Origin: Chromera velia
Taxonomy: Eukaryota
NCBI GenBank assembly: GCA_018398765.1
Contig: JAHBMJ010000420.1
Span: 1-47,715, forward strand
DNA length: 47,715 bases
Direction: 5' to 3'
Under the pieces are notes generated by a model that made no database searches, had not been told where the DNA came from, and saw nothing but the letters and a program-made list of their open reading frames with translations. Of this stretch, positions 36,690-47,715 are shown piece by piece (position 1 is the stretch's first letter; every line of letters starts with the position of its first letter). A program made the translations under genes and the position numbers.

Positions 36690-38000
36690 GTTAGCGTATA
36701 GGACTACGACTTCTACTTACGTGTATCTACGCAAAGGTCTGTTCGTCTAGTCGTTCATCTTTCGACTCCTTCTAGAGAGATTCCAGCTTGGCTACTCAGA
36801 ACAGATACGTTTGGTCAGTCAGACTGCATGCGTGCACGCGTTGTGCATGTAGTACGGTATTCATCTGTATCGGTCCACTTAAATGCATGTCACCTCTGTA
36901 TTTGCTGTGTCCCTCTTTCTGACATCTGTTCTGTCTCTGTGTTGTTCCGTTTTATGTGAACTCACTTCTGTAGTATTTCTTTTTCCATGTATTCATGCAT
37001 GCATTGCAAACTGCATGAGCGCTCTGCATGTGCACGCGGTGCTTACTGCCTGACATCGGCTTGCGCTTTCTTTATCGCTCGGCGTGCGCGCATGAATTCT
37101 TTCTGGTCCCCAATAACCACTCCCCCCCTTAATTCTGCTTGTCCCTGAGCAGAACGCAAAAAAAAAAGAATGGAAAGGACCTCAGCATCAGCATATGCAA
37201 ATCAGCGCAATCATTACAAGGTTCCGGAAACATAAAAATCATTCAACTCAGTCCCATTAAAACCTTTTCTTTGTCTTTTTCGAATTCTTCAACCATCTTA
37301 AGCAAGTCAATCTCTTCTTCTGACAACCAGGCAAACGTTCCATCGTCGAACAAGACTCGGTACGTTTTCTTGTGGACTGGCGAAGGGCCCTTCCGTCGGG
37401 CCCCCCGCTTCTGCCCCTCCACTGCCTGAGCAGGTACCTCCAACTCGTCTCTAAGTCCCAACTCATCCAACAAATCCTCCAACTTAGGATCTTCTGCCAA
37501 TCGAAAGTCCGATCGAGGAGTGCCTAGTGGAATGATCGCTCCTTCTTCTTCAGACGATCTTCTCGTCTCCGCAGCTACTCTCTTCTCCTCCTGTTGTCTC
37601 TCTTCTCTCGGCAGTGCAGAGTCTTCTTCTGTCTCACTCTCTTCACTCTTTTCACTCTCTTCCTTCTCTCCATCCTTTGCCTCCCACAATTGCAATCTGT
37701 CTGAACTCACCACGTCTCTCTTCTTTCCTCGTAGGGGCCTGATCACGGTCATATGTGGTCTGTTCCTCGGTGTCCCCACGACTACATAGGTTCCTTCTGC
37801 TCTCACCTCGAAGGCGGGTTGCTTCCCCATCGGATTGGGAGGTCTGCGCAGGAACACACGGTCCCCTAGACGGAATTTTCGTATCATCGGAGGGGGATTA
37901 CACCTTTCCCTTGTTTGCCTCTCTTTCTTTGCTCTCGTCACTGCTCTGTCAATCTTTTGTACACGTTCTTGTCAAATAAATCCATAGTAGTCATCGTAAC
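36690..38000 (-). mobile_element. 3' remnant of a Gypsy-type LTR retrotransposon (integrase C-terminus, chromodomain-like tail, PPT, 3' LTR)
   Basis: ORF 37941-37243 has KFRLGDRVFL..EGTYVVV..DVVSSDRLQLW (GPY/F-type region) and KKTYRVLFDDGTFAWLSEEEI. PPT AAGGGGGGGAG at 37130-37120 is followed by TG at 37119. The far LTR end is approximate. Confidence 0.75.
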
Positions 38001-39304
38001 AGACAGGCAGACTCCCCCTGGCGGAGACCTCGCTCCCTCAAGCGGTGGTTGCACACGCAGCACCGACTGCGGCGTATGAGCAAATAACAATTCAAAGGGA
38101 GAGAGACCTGTTTCGATATGGGAAGCAGTGCGGTATGCTGTGTTGTATAGCTGGAGATAGAGATCTCAATCTCCTTTCTCTTGATCTAGCTGCTTCGGAG
38201 ATGAATGAGAGGCACTCAAGCGACTTGTCAAAAAGAAATGATGAAAAGGTTAACAGCAAGGATGGGGGGTGAATTGACCTTTTATCTTTTATTGGAATTC
38301 GCTCACCCAGTTTCAGTGCACAAGCTTGTTTTCGAAAGGCCACTGCACTTAAGAGGTGAATATAAAACTAGAAATATAGACAGTCACTGAGTGTATGCAT
38401 ACAATGTGTGCATGACTGCTGTGAAGTGAAATGAATTCAATCTTCCAGTCAGTATGTGGTAGTACCAGCAGACTGTATGGTATGTGGAGTGTTCGTCTGA
38501 AGAGCTTCCACTCAGAGCCACTGTGTACAGCTTCTTCACTATAGCCCTGTACCGTATATGTTCCTCGATCACCAGTGCGCCCCCTAAAAGACCCACATCC
38601 CAATCCATACACCTGATGGAGCAGCCCAGTCCGGCACCGCGGCTAGCCCACGTACATACATATACATCGATGCGTCATGCGTGATCATGCATGCATGCAA
38701 TTTGAGCAATAGATTCAGAGTCACAGAATTCGGTTGATTCATAACGAACAATTGGATGTTGCAAAGACATACAGGCTTACAGTCTTGTTAAGACAGGACC
38801 CGGCTTCATATAACTAAGCTAGCAGAACCTAAAGGTAGCCTATCTAATTCATACTTGTAATGTTACTAAATCGATCCCTAGATCGATCCTTAGCTAGATC
38901 CATAATTACAATAAAGTCAACACTCTAGTCAATACTACTAGTGAATCCCGGGGGCCTAGAGTGAATCATCGTAGCTAATGACCAGCCCAAAATGGAATGG
39001 CCCAATAGTATACAATATGGTTAGGAGTAACGATAGTAGGATATAGCGGCCGCCCGGGTTACCAATTTCACAGTTACGGTAGTGGTTTTTAGTACCATGA
39101 CCATGGTAGTGGTAGTATTGCATATTTTTCCTAATACTAGTGAACTTTAAACCTGTTTTATCTAGCTTTACCATCATTAACAAATCTATAATCGACAGAG
39201 GCTGCAGAGTAAACACCATTGTTATATCAATGTTGCTAAACTCTTAGATCTGATATAATAATCATAATATCAGAGATATTACTCTATCACTATAAATGAT
39301 AACA

Positions 39305-39655
39305 TTATGTCATGATTATGATACTGTAGTACCGTGCCTCCTCGCACTCTGCCATATGGGAGACGAACGTTTCAATTTTATGGTCCAGCAAAAAAGGCTG
39401 AGCATCTGGGTTTTTCAACAGACAACGTGCACAGAAAATGAGGAAGAACTTTTGGCTGTTCGGAGGGATGTATGGGGGAACAGTTTTCTTTGGAGTTCCA
39501 AACTGCTCCACAAATTCGGCCGCCTCCATCATACCGAAGTCTCGAGGGGCGAGGGCAGCCTCAAGATAGTCGGGACGGCTTGCAATGCCATTCTTGAGCC
39601 TCTATGCTAAAAAGTCAGCAACTGACTCAGTTCTTGGCTGAGCCGGCTCGGCCAT
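39305..39655 (-). pseudogene. Truncated ORF with a CxxC..H..C zinc-finger-like motif, probably a transposase N-terminus
   Basis: MAEPAQPRTESVADFLA*RLKNG..MMEAAEF..IFCARC..VSHMAEC in one frame with a single TAG, flanked by TA-rich decayed DNA. Confidence 0.35.
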
Positions 39656-40396
39656 GATGGCCGACTGAGAGGAGAGAGAGAAGAAAAGAAAAACTTCACT
39701 ACACTGCGTCTCACAACAAGACAAGAAACCCAAAAATTACTAGACACAGTGAACAGTAAACCAGGAAGAAGCGGACCACTCAGTCTTGTTTCCCAGTTTC
39801 CCACGGACAGTGATAAAGCACTGATCACTGCCAAACTGCAGCCTTCATCAATTGTCCGTCTGCTCTGACAGGGGACAGAAGAGAAACGATTCTATAATTT
39901 TGACCACAAGTAAGGTTGACCTTCGTTTAAAAATTGATTTTCGAAAGTTGAAACGGATTTGAAGGAGACGGATTTTTTTTCAATCTATGTGTCATGCTTT
40001 TTTTATATCTTTTGCCGGGGTCTTAGCCCAAACTATCATGGTAGTGGTAGGGGTCCTAGGGGACTTTGGGCCCCCAAGTTACTGCCCCATGGTTACCAAA
40101 GTGACGGTAACTCGCCGCCTCCCCAAGGGGCCCAGTAGTAACTGCTAACCGTACTGTGTACCCAATAGCTAGGCCACCGCCAAGGCCTATTTATCCCACC
40201 TTAGATCCCTTTATTTGGGCTGCTACTTATACAATACTTATACTTATACTGTACACTTTGTCACTGTTTGTATCTAAGTCCAGACCTAACTTTATGTAGT
40301 CACCAGCCAGTTTTTATTCCTAATATAATATGCACTAGGATACATAATAATATATATAATCTTTCTGTGACTGTGAATTTACGTTTAATGAAATAT

Positions 40397-41387
40397 TCTG
40401 TGTAATCCTCCTGCTTCTTCACTTTCACTCTGCTTTGCTCTCCCTGCTCTCCTCAAACCTGTAGTCTGGTCTGCATGTACTTTCTCCTGCCGTTTTGAAT
40501 CGAATTCCTTACCGCTCCATCCTCCTTCTCCTCCGCTCATACTGCGCCCGCCCTTGAAGTTCTGCGCACTTCTGCGGAACTGATTCCTTCTCTCTCAACC
40601 TGAACAATACCCTTTCCTCGCCAAACCCTTCTGCCTGGCTGAAGTGTGAGGATGAGTGAAGACAAAAGGGTGGGACGCCTGGGGACTTCGATGCATCAGA
40701 CATTTGCACATTCCGTGAAATGCTGCATGCCCATCATGAATGCCCGAAGTCAGAGACTCTTTCGTGGCAGAGTTTTTAAAAAAAAAAATAATAATAAAAA
40801 TGAAGAACATCGCGCATCATGGAGAAATAGAAGAGCACTCGACTCGCGTGAAGCAACGAAACACGAAAAAGAAAGAAAAGAGTGGAAACTGATCGGCGAA
40901 GGGTGAGGGCGGCCATAGAGAAGTTGCTCGACCTGCACGCAAGCAGGAGGGGGGGAAGAGAGAGAAGTCCGGATGAGAGAGGTTGTCTACTTGGGGCGGG
41001 AATGACGGGAGAAAATTCAATGTGTGAGAAAAAAGAACTCGAAAATAAGAGAAATCAGCATCTAATTGTTTTTCTCTGCCACAATTCAACCCTTGCTCTC
41101 TCTGTTGAGTCAAGAGTCAAAGTCTCTCGGAGACAACCCTTCCCAAGAATAGGAAGGGCGCTCCAACCAGCTGCAGAGCAAGAGAATGCTCTCCACAGAC
41201 CGCATAAAACATGTGAGCACATCGTGTACGCGACTGCTTCCCACAGCAGATAAGACGGCAAACGAATGATCGAGACAGGTTCAGATGGCAAGATCGAGCA
41301 CACTACAGAAAAACACGTGCGCACACATACACACACACACACACACACATATGTATATATACATACACATATACATATATAAACACA

Positions 41388-41437
<50 letters not shown>

Positions 41438-43635
41438 AAAAGAGAGAGACAGACAGAGAGAGAGAGAGAGCGACAGAGCGACAGAGAGACAGATTTATTC
41501 ATTCGCACGCATACAGGCTCGATCTGACACAAATCTACAGAAAGCGACCAAAAACAGTACAAACTTGGCCATACCACACACAGAAGAGAGCAAGAGACGC
41601 AGAAAACCAACAAAAGAAGGCACACACACCAATTAGAAGGACGCAAACAGACCAGACGGAAGAAACAGAAGAAAGAAGAGTTGGAAAGAATGCTTTGTGT
41701 GTGTGTACTTTCACGAAGTCCTTCTACGCTTTCTCTACATTGACCATCTCTCCAACTCCAACTGCCATGTTGCTAACTTATTCTCGCTCTGGTCTCTCAA
41801 CTGCCTCCCTTTCTGCTCCGTCTCCAGACTCTGGAACCCCTTCAGCTCCCTCTCTCAAGTTCGACCTCCAGCTTGGCTGGTTCTGTCAGTGTCTCTCGCC
41901 CCTAGCCGATCAAAATCTTCCCTCGCCCTCTGCCCACCTCTAAGGCCACTTCTATCGGCTCCTCTGCTGTTCCCGCACAGTGCAGAACCTTTCACACTCA
42001 CTTACCGAACGACTCGCGATTCTTTCTAGAGCTGCGGAATCCGATCTTCTCTTGCCTCCCGCTCTCACACCTTTCATTGTCTTTCAGTCGTTCATATCTC
42101 TGCAGTGCAGAGTGACCATTCCTCCCGCTCGTGCTCTCGCTTAGTCCTCTTATACTGTGTATGCTGAAGCTCATATGTTCCGTCTTTACGCTCGCTCTTT
42201 TGCGTCTTCTTTCCGCGTCTGCTCTCTCCCTCTCTCTCCCCCCCCCCCCNNNNNNNNNNNNNNNNNNNNNNNNNNNNNNNNNNNNNNNNNNNNNNNNNNN
42301 NNNNNNNNNNNNNNNNNNNNNNNNNNNNNNNNNNNNNNNNNNNNNNNNNNNNNNNNNNNNNNNNNNNNNNNNNNNNNNNNNNNNNNNNNNNNNNNNNCCC
42401 CCCCCCCCCCCTCTCTCTCTCTTTCTCTCTCTTTCTCTCTCCCTCTCTCTCGTCTTTTCGCTTTTTCTATACGGATTTCCCCTCCCGGCCACTCTTGGAT
42501 CTGCTTTTCTGGTTTGGGTCTTCTCTTTGTTGTATTTCCACGTGTATTATTCTGGTCGACTCCCTCTCACTGGTTCACTCTTTCTCGGTCTCCCGCTCTT
42601 CAGCTGTACTCTGCACTTTCTCGCCCCCCAGCGTCACTCATCAAAGGCTGGTCTCTCCTGCCTTTTTCTTCTCATTTAGTTGTTTTTCTCTGTGTAATCC
42701 TCCCGCTTCTTCACTTTCACTCTGCTTTGCTCTCCCTGCTCTCCTTAAACCTATGGTCTGGTCTGTATGTACTTTCTAGTGCCGTTTTGAATCCAATTCC
42801 TTGCCGCTCCATCCTTCTTCTCCTCCGCCCATACTGCGTCCGCCCTTGAAGTTCTGCACGCTTCTGCGGAACTGATTCCTTCTCTCTTAACCTAAACAAT
42901 ACCTTTTCCTCGCGAAACCCTTCTGCCTGGCTGAAGTGTGAGGATGAGTGAAGACAAAAGGGTAGGACGCCTGGGGACTTCGATACATCAGACATTTGCA
43001 CATTCCATGAAATGCTGCATGCCCATCATGAATGCCCGAAGTCAGAGACTCTTTCGTGGCAGAGTTTTTTGAAAAAAAAAAAAATAATAAAAATGAAGAA
43101 CATCGCGCATCATGGAGAAATAGAAGAGCACTCGACTCACGCGAAGCAACAAAACACGAGAAAGAAAGAAAAGAGTGGAAACTGATCGGCGAAGGGCGAG
43201 GGCGGCCGTAGAGAAGTTGCTCGACCTGTATGGAAGCGGGAGGGGGGGAAGAGAGAGAAGTCCGGATGAGAGAGGTTGTCTACTTGGGGCGGGAATGACG
43301 GGAGAAAATTCAATGTGTGAGAAAAAAAGAACTCGAAGATAAGAGAAATCAGCATCTAATTGTTTTTCTCTGCCACAATTCAACCCTTGCTCTCTCTGTT
43401 GAGTCAAGAGTCAAAGTCTCTCAAAAACGACCCTTCCCAAGAATAGGAAGGGCGCTCCAACCAGCCGCAGAGCAAGAGAATGCTCTCCACAGACCGCACA
43501 AAACATGCAAACACATCGTATACGCGACTGCTTCCCACAGCAGATAAGACGGCAAACGAACGATCGAGACAGTTTCAGACGACAAGATCGAGCACACTAC
43601 AGAGAAACACACGCACACACACACACACACACATA

Positions 43636-43689
<54 letters not shown>

Positions 43690-43718
43690 TACACACATAA
43701 ACATACAAACACACACAC

Positions 43719-43770
<52 letters not shown>

Positions 43771-45762
43771 CAACAGAGCGACAGAGAGACAGATTTATTC
43801 ATTCGCATGCACATAGGCTTGATCCGATATAAATCTACAGAAAGCGACCAAAAACAGTACAAACTTGGCCACACCACACACAGAAGAGAGCAGGAGACGC
43901 AGAAAACCAATAAAGAGAGGCACACACACCAATCAGAAGGACGCAAACAGACCAGACGGAAGAAACAGAAGAAAGAAGAGTTGAAAAGAATGCTTTGTGT
44001 GTGTGTACTTTCACGAAGTCCTTCTACGCTTTCTCTACATTGAGCATTCCTCCAATTCCAACTGCCACGTTGCCAACTTATTCTTGCTCTGGTCTCTCAA
44101 CTGCCTCCCTCTCTGCTCCATCTCCAGACTCTAGAACCCCTTCAGCTCCCTCTCTCAAGTTCGACCTCCAGCTTGGCTGGTTCTGTCAGTGTCCCTCGCC
44201 CCTAGCCGATCAAAATCTTCTCTCGCCCTCTGCCCACCTCTAAGGCCACTTCTATCGGCTCCTCTGCTGTTCCCGCACAGTGCAGAACCTTTCACACTCA
44301 CTTACCGAACGACTCGCGATTCTTCCTAGAGCTGCGGAATCCGATCTTCTCTTACCTCCCGCTTTCACACCTTTCATTGTTTTTCAGTCGTTCATGTCTC
44401 TGCAGTGCAGAGTGACCATTCCTCCCGCTCGTGCTCTCGCTTAGTCCTCTTATACTGTGCATGCTGAAGCTCATGTTCCGTCTTCACGCTCGCTCTTTTG
44501 CGTCTTCTTTCCGCGTCTGCTCTCTCCCTCTCTCNCCCCCCCCCCCCCCCCTTCTCTCTCTTTCTCTCTCTTTCTCTCTCCCTCTCTCTTGTCCTTTCGC
44601 TTTTTCTATACGGATTTCCCCTCCCGGCCGCTCTTGGATCTGCTTTTCTGCTTTGGGTCTTCTCTTTGTTGTATTTCTACATGTATTATTCTGGTCGACT
44701 CCCTCTCACTGGTCCACTCTTTCTCGGTCTCCTGCTCTTCAGCTGTACTCTGCGCTTTCTCACCCCCCAGCGTCACTCATCAAAGGCTGGTCTCTTCTGC
44801 CTTTTTCTTCTCATTTAGTTGTTTTTCTCTGTGTAATCCTCCCGCTTCTTCACTTTCACTCTGCTTTGCTCTCCCTGCTCTCCTCAAACCTGTGGTCTGG
44901 TCTGCATGTACTTTCTCCTGCCGTTTTGAATCCAATTCCCTGCCGCTCCGTCCTCCTTCTCCTCCACCCATACTGCGTCCGCCCTTGAAGTTCTGCACGC
45001 TTCTGCGGAACTGATTCCTTCTCTCTCAACCTAAACAATACCCTTTCCTCGCCAAACCCTTCTGCCTGGTTGAAGTGTGAAGATGAGTGAAGACAAAAGG
45101 GTGGGACGCCTGGGGACTTCGATGCATCAGACATTTGCACATTCCGTGAAATGCTGCATGCCCATCATGAATGCCCGAAGTCAGAGACTTTCTCGTGGCA
45201 GAGTTTTTTGAAAAAAAAAAAATAATAAAAATGAAGAACATCGCGCATCATGGAGAAATAGAAGAGCACTCGACTCGCGCGAAGCAACGAAACACGAAAA
45301 AGAAAGAAAAGAGTGGAAACTGACCGGCCGAGGGCGAGGGCGGCCATAGAAGAGTTGCTCAACCTGTACGCAAGCAAAAGGGGGGGAAGAGAGAGAAGTC
45401 CGGATGAGAGAGGTTGTCTACTTGGGGCGGGAATGACGGGAGAAAATTCAATGTGTGAGAAAAAAGAACTCGAAGATGAGAGAAATCAGCATCTAATTGT
45501 TTTTCTCTGCCACAATTCAACCTTTGCTCTCTCTGTTGAGTCAAGAGTCAAAGTCTCTCAAAGACGACCCTTCCCAAGAATAGGAAGGGCGCTCCAACCA
45601 GCCGCAGAGCAAGAGAATGCTCTCCACAGACCGCACAAAACATGCAAACACATCGTGTATGCGACTGCTTCCCACAGCAGATAAGATGGCAAACGAACGA
45701 TCGAGACAGTTTCAGACGACAAGATCGAGCACACTACAGAGAAACACACGCACACACACACA

Positions 45763-45810
<48 letters not shown>

Positions 45811-45847
45811 TACACACATATACACATAAACACACAAACATACACAC

Positions 45848-45886
<39 letters not shown>

Positions 45887-45898
45887 AAAAGAGAGACA
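40397..45898. repeat. Tandem array of a ~2.14-kb complex unit (2.5 copies)
   Basis: Equivalent unit starts TCTGTGTAATCCTCC at 40397, 42689 and 44828. Each full unit has an A-run, (CA)n(GA)n and a C-run/(CT)n tract. The third copy stops in the (GA)n tract. Confidence 0.95.
42250..42397. other. Assembly gap (148 N) within a poly-C run
   Basis: N run. The matching site at ~44535 is only a short C run, so the gap is probably oversized. Confidence 0.95.
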
Positions 45899-46214
45899 CA
45901 CTGTTAAGGGCTACAAGAAGGCCTCAGAATGGATAAAGAGAAGTGATACTAGTCAGGCTCCAGTGAGGCTCCAGGATGGTCTAAGTATCTGAAGAGTCAG
46001 AGGTTAGGTTCCAGAAAATTCAATCTATAGCGCTAAGGTTGATCGCTTATCACTCAATTTCACGTCAATATCGAATGCAGATCTTCGCGTTTTTGCTCAA
46101 GTTTGGAGGTTGACTTCAAAAAGGCAATTCTGATGGTGTTGGACCTCCCGAGATGACCTATGACCTCGGAGATCCTCTCGGGGAAATCTGGATTTTGATT
46201 TTTCTTGCATGATC

Positions 46215-46525
46215 TGATTTTGCAGATGCGACAGTCCATTCAGACCGGGCGATTATTCGACTTCAGAGCCGATTAATCGCCGCGCTTAAATTCGAATTCA
46301 GACCGCACAGAATTCGACCAGATAAAATTGGGTATTGTGAGTTTCGACCGAGTGGTATTCGGGTACTTCGAATTCAGACCGTGCACTATTCGGTTTTTGG
46401 TCTGATGGTTATTCGAATTCAGACCGCGCACTATTCGACGTCTCGATTTCTGACCGCGCTTCTTTTTATCTTCGATTTTAGACCAGGTCTTATCCAGCTC
46501 TTATCGATTTTAGACCGTGCTTTAT
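46215..46525. repeat. Degenerate short repeats of TCGA(A/T)TT(C/T)AGACCG, subterminal-repeat-like
   Basis: About seven irregularly spaced copies, e.g. GAATTCAGACCG at ~46294, ~46370 and ~46415, and TCGATTTTAGACC at ~46472 and ~46504. Confidence 0.6.
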
Positions 46526-46549
46526 TCGGATGCATGTATTTTGGAATTC

Positions 46550-46620
46550 TGCCGATGGTGGGACTCGAACTCGGGACCTCTCGGTCCGAGCCTCTCGTCC
46601 TGACCATTAGGCTACGGAGG
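46550..46620 (-). pseudogene. tRNA-derived sequence (pseudo-tRNA or SINE head)
   Basis: Minus strand has A box TAGCCTAATGG and B box GTTCGAGTCC, but the anticodon and acceptor stems do not pair properly. Confidence 0.6.
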
Positions 46621-47715
46621 CTAGGTCCTAACTTAGAGATCGTCTTTACCTAATTCTTGTCTTTTCTTATCTTTTTACTTCTTTTTATTTTCATTTTCAA
46701 TCGTTTAATCTTGTCTCCTTATCCAAGTTAAAATGTTAAATTCGTTGCCTCTTTTCTATTATTTTCTATCATTTAAAATTCATTTTTCTTTCATTAAATA
46801 CTTTCTTTTAACTCTATTTTCTTATGTCTAGACTAGCGCATAGCATGTGTCTCCTTTTTAAGTTTGGGGTTCCATACCCAAATCTTAGCGCATAGCATGC
46901 GTGTGTCCTTTTCTTAACTATATGAGAATAAAACTTAGGAAGGTGTTTAGTCTAGTGTTTAGTTAAATACTAAAAGAAAATAGTAGTGAAATGAAGTTTT
47001 TGATTGCTTCAAATAATTTGATCGAGGGTTTTGTTGCCTCCGTATTTTCCTTTTTATCGAAAGTGACTATCGATTGGAACGGACACACAATGTTTCCAAG
47101 TATTATGAAGGATGACAAGTGAACCCGGGCCCGGGAAAGAAAAAAAAGGAATACACCGATTGGTGCACAGACTCAGACCTCTATGTAGTGTCAGATCACC
47201 CCCAGTTCTGACATACACGAGGAATCTATAGACTTGGTATAAGAGACTTATACAGATTCATAGACTATGACGGACACACGAAAAAAACAATCGCAAAGGC
47301 GACCGTTTTTTCTTTTTAATACAGATCATTAGTACTACCGACATTTTTTTTTTTTCTTACGTCTCTTGATTCTGTCAACCGAAAGCTAAACACTTCTTTC
47401 TCATGAGTTTTTCTTTTTTTTTTTTCCAAGTCCCCCCGTTTGACGCTTTTGTTATGATTGTAATTGACGCGCGTCTTTCTTTTGCTCTCTTTTTCATTTC
47501 GGTCAATCGAGGAAAACCTGGAAAGAAAAGAAAAAAAAAACTCAAGAAAAGAAGAACGTGTTCTGCTTTCCTCCTTCCTTTCTCCCCATCAACTCCTCTC
47601 ATCCTCCTGTGACAGTTGAAGAAAGTCTCCCCGTCCCTCCATCTTTAATGCTCCTTGGTAGCCTGAGGAGTGTCTTTGTCGGCCTCTTTGTTCAACCCAA
47701 TAGATGTAGAGATCG

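Noticed and set aside
40500..45990. Many 60-230 aa ORFs across the tandem array and microsatellite introns
   Set aside because: They are low-complexity translations (HTHT, RERE, SLSL) with frames not conserved between copies.
46215..46525. CRISPR array
   Set aside because: Repeats are short, degenerate and irregularly spaced, there are no cas genes, and the context is eukaryotic.
46550..46620. Functional tRNA gene
   Set aside because: Acceptor and anticodon stems cannot be paired.

Overview
Eukaryotic nuclear DNA from an intron-rich protist. GT-AG introns full of microsatellites, TGCATGCA-rich promoters, a signal+transit-peptide protein and a large RNI-like LRR gene suggest a chromerid alveolate such as Chromera velia; this assignment is inference only. 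Genes reconstructed by eye: an E2 (UBC)-fold protein with an inserted ubiquitin-like domain, a 5-exon putatively plastid-targeted protein, TGS1, a 7-exon HSD17B10-type SDR, an intronless arrestin-domain protein, an LRR protein, a U1-C-like zinc-finger protein and an intronless bacterial-type SDR. The rest is repeat-derived: an ankyrin pseudogene, a non-autonomous LTR element (457-bp LTRs, 5-bp TSD), a hAT element (perfect 8-bp TSD), a Gypsy integrase/LTR remnant, a ~2.14-kb tandem array and a tRNA-like relic. The most notable signal is that duplicated sequences here (tandem units, LTR pair, a duplicated promoter) differ mainly by C>T/G>A transitions, many in CpA/TpG context. Pseudogene stop codons are mostly TAA/TAG and the intergenic DNA is TpA/CTAG-rich. 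This resembles fungal repeat-induced point mutation (RIP) in an apparently non-fungal genome. All exon models and tallies are manual, not computed.
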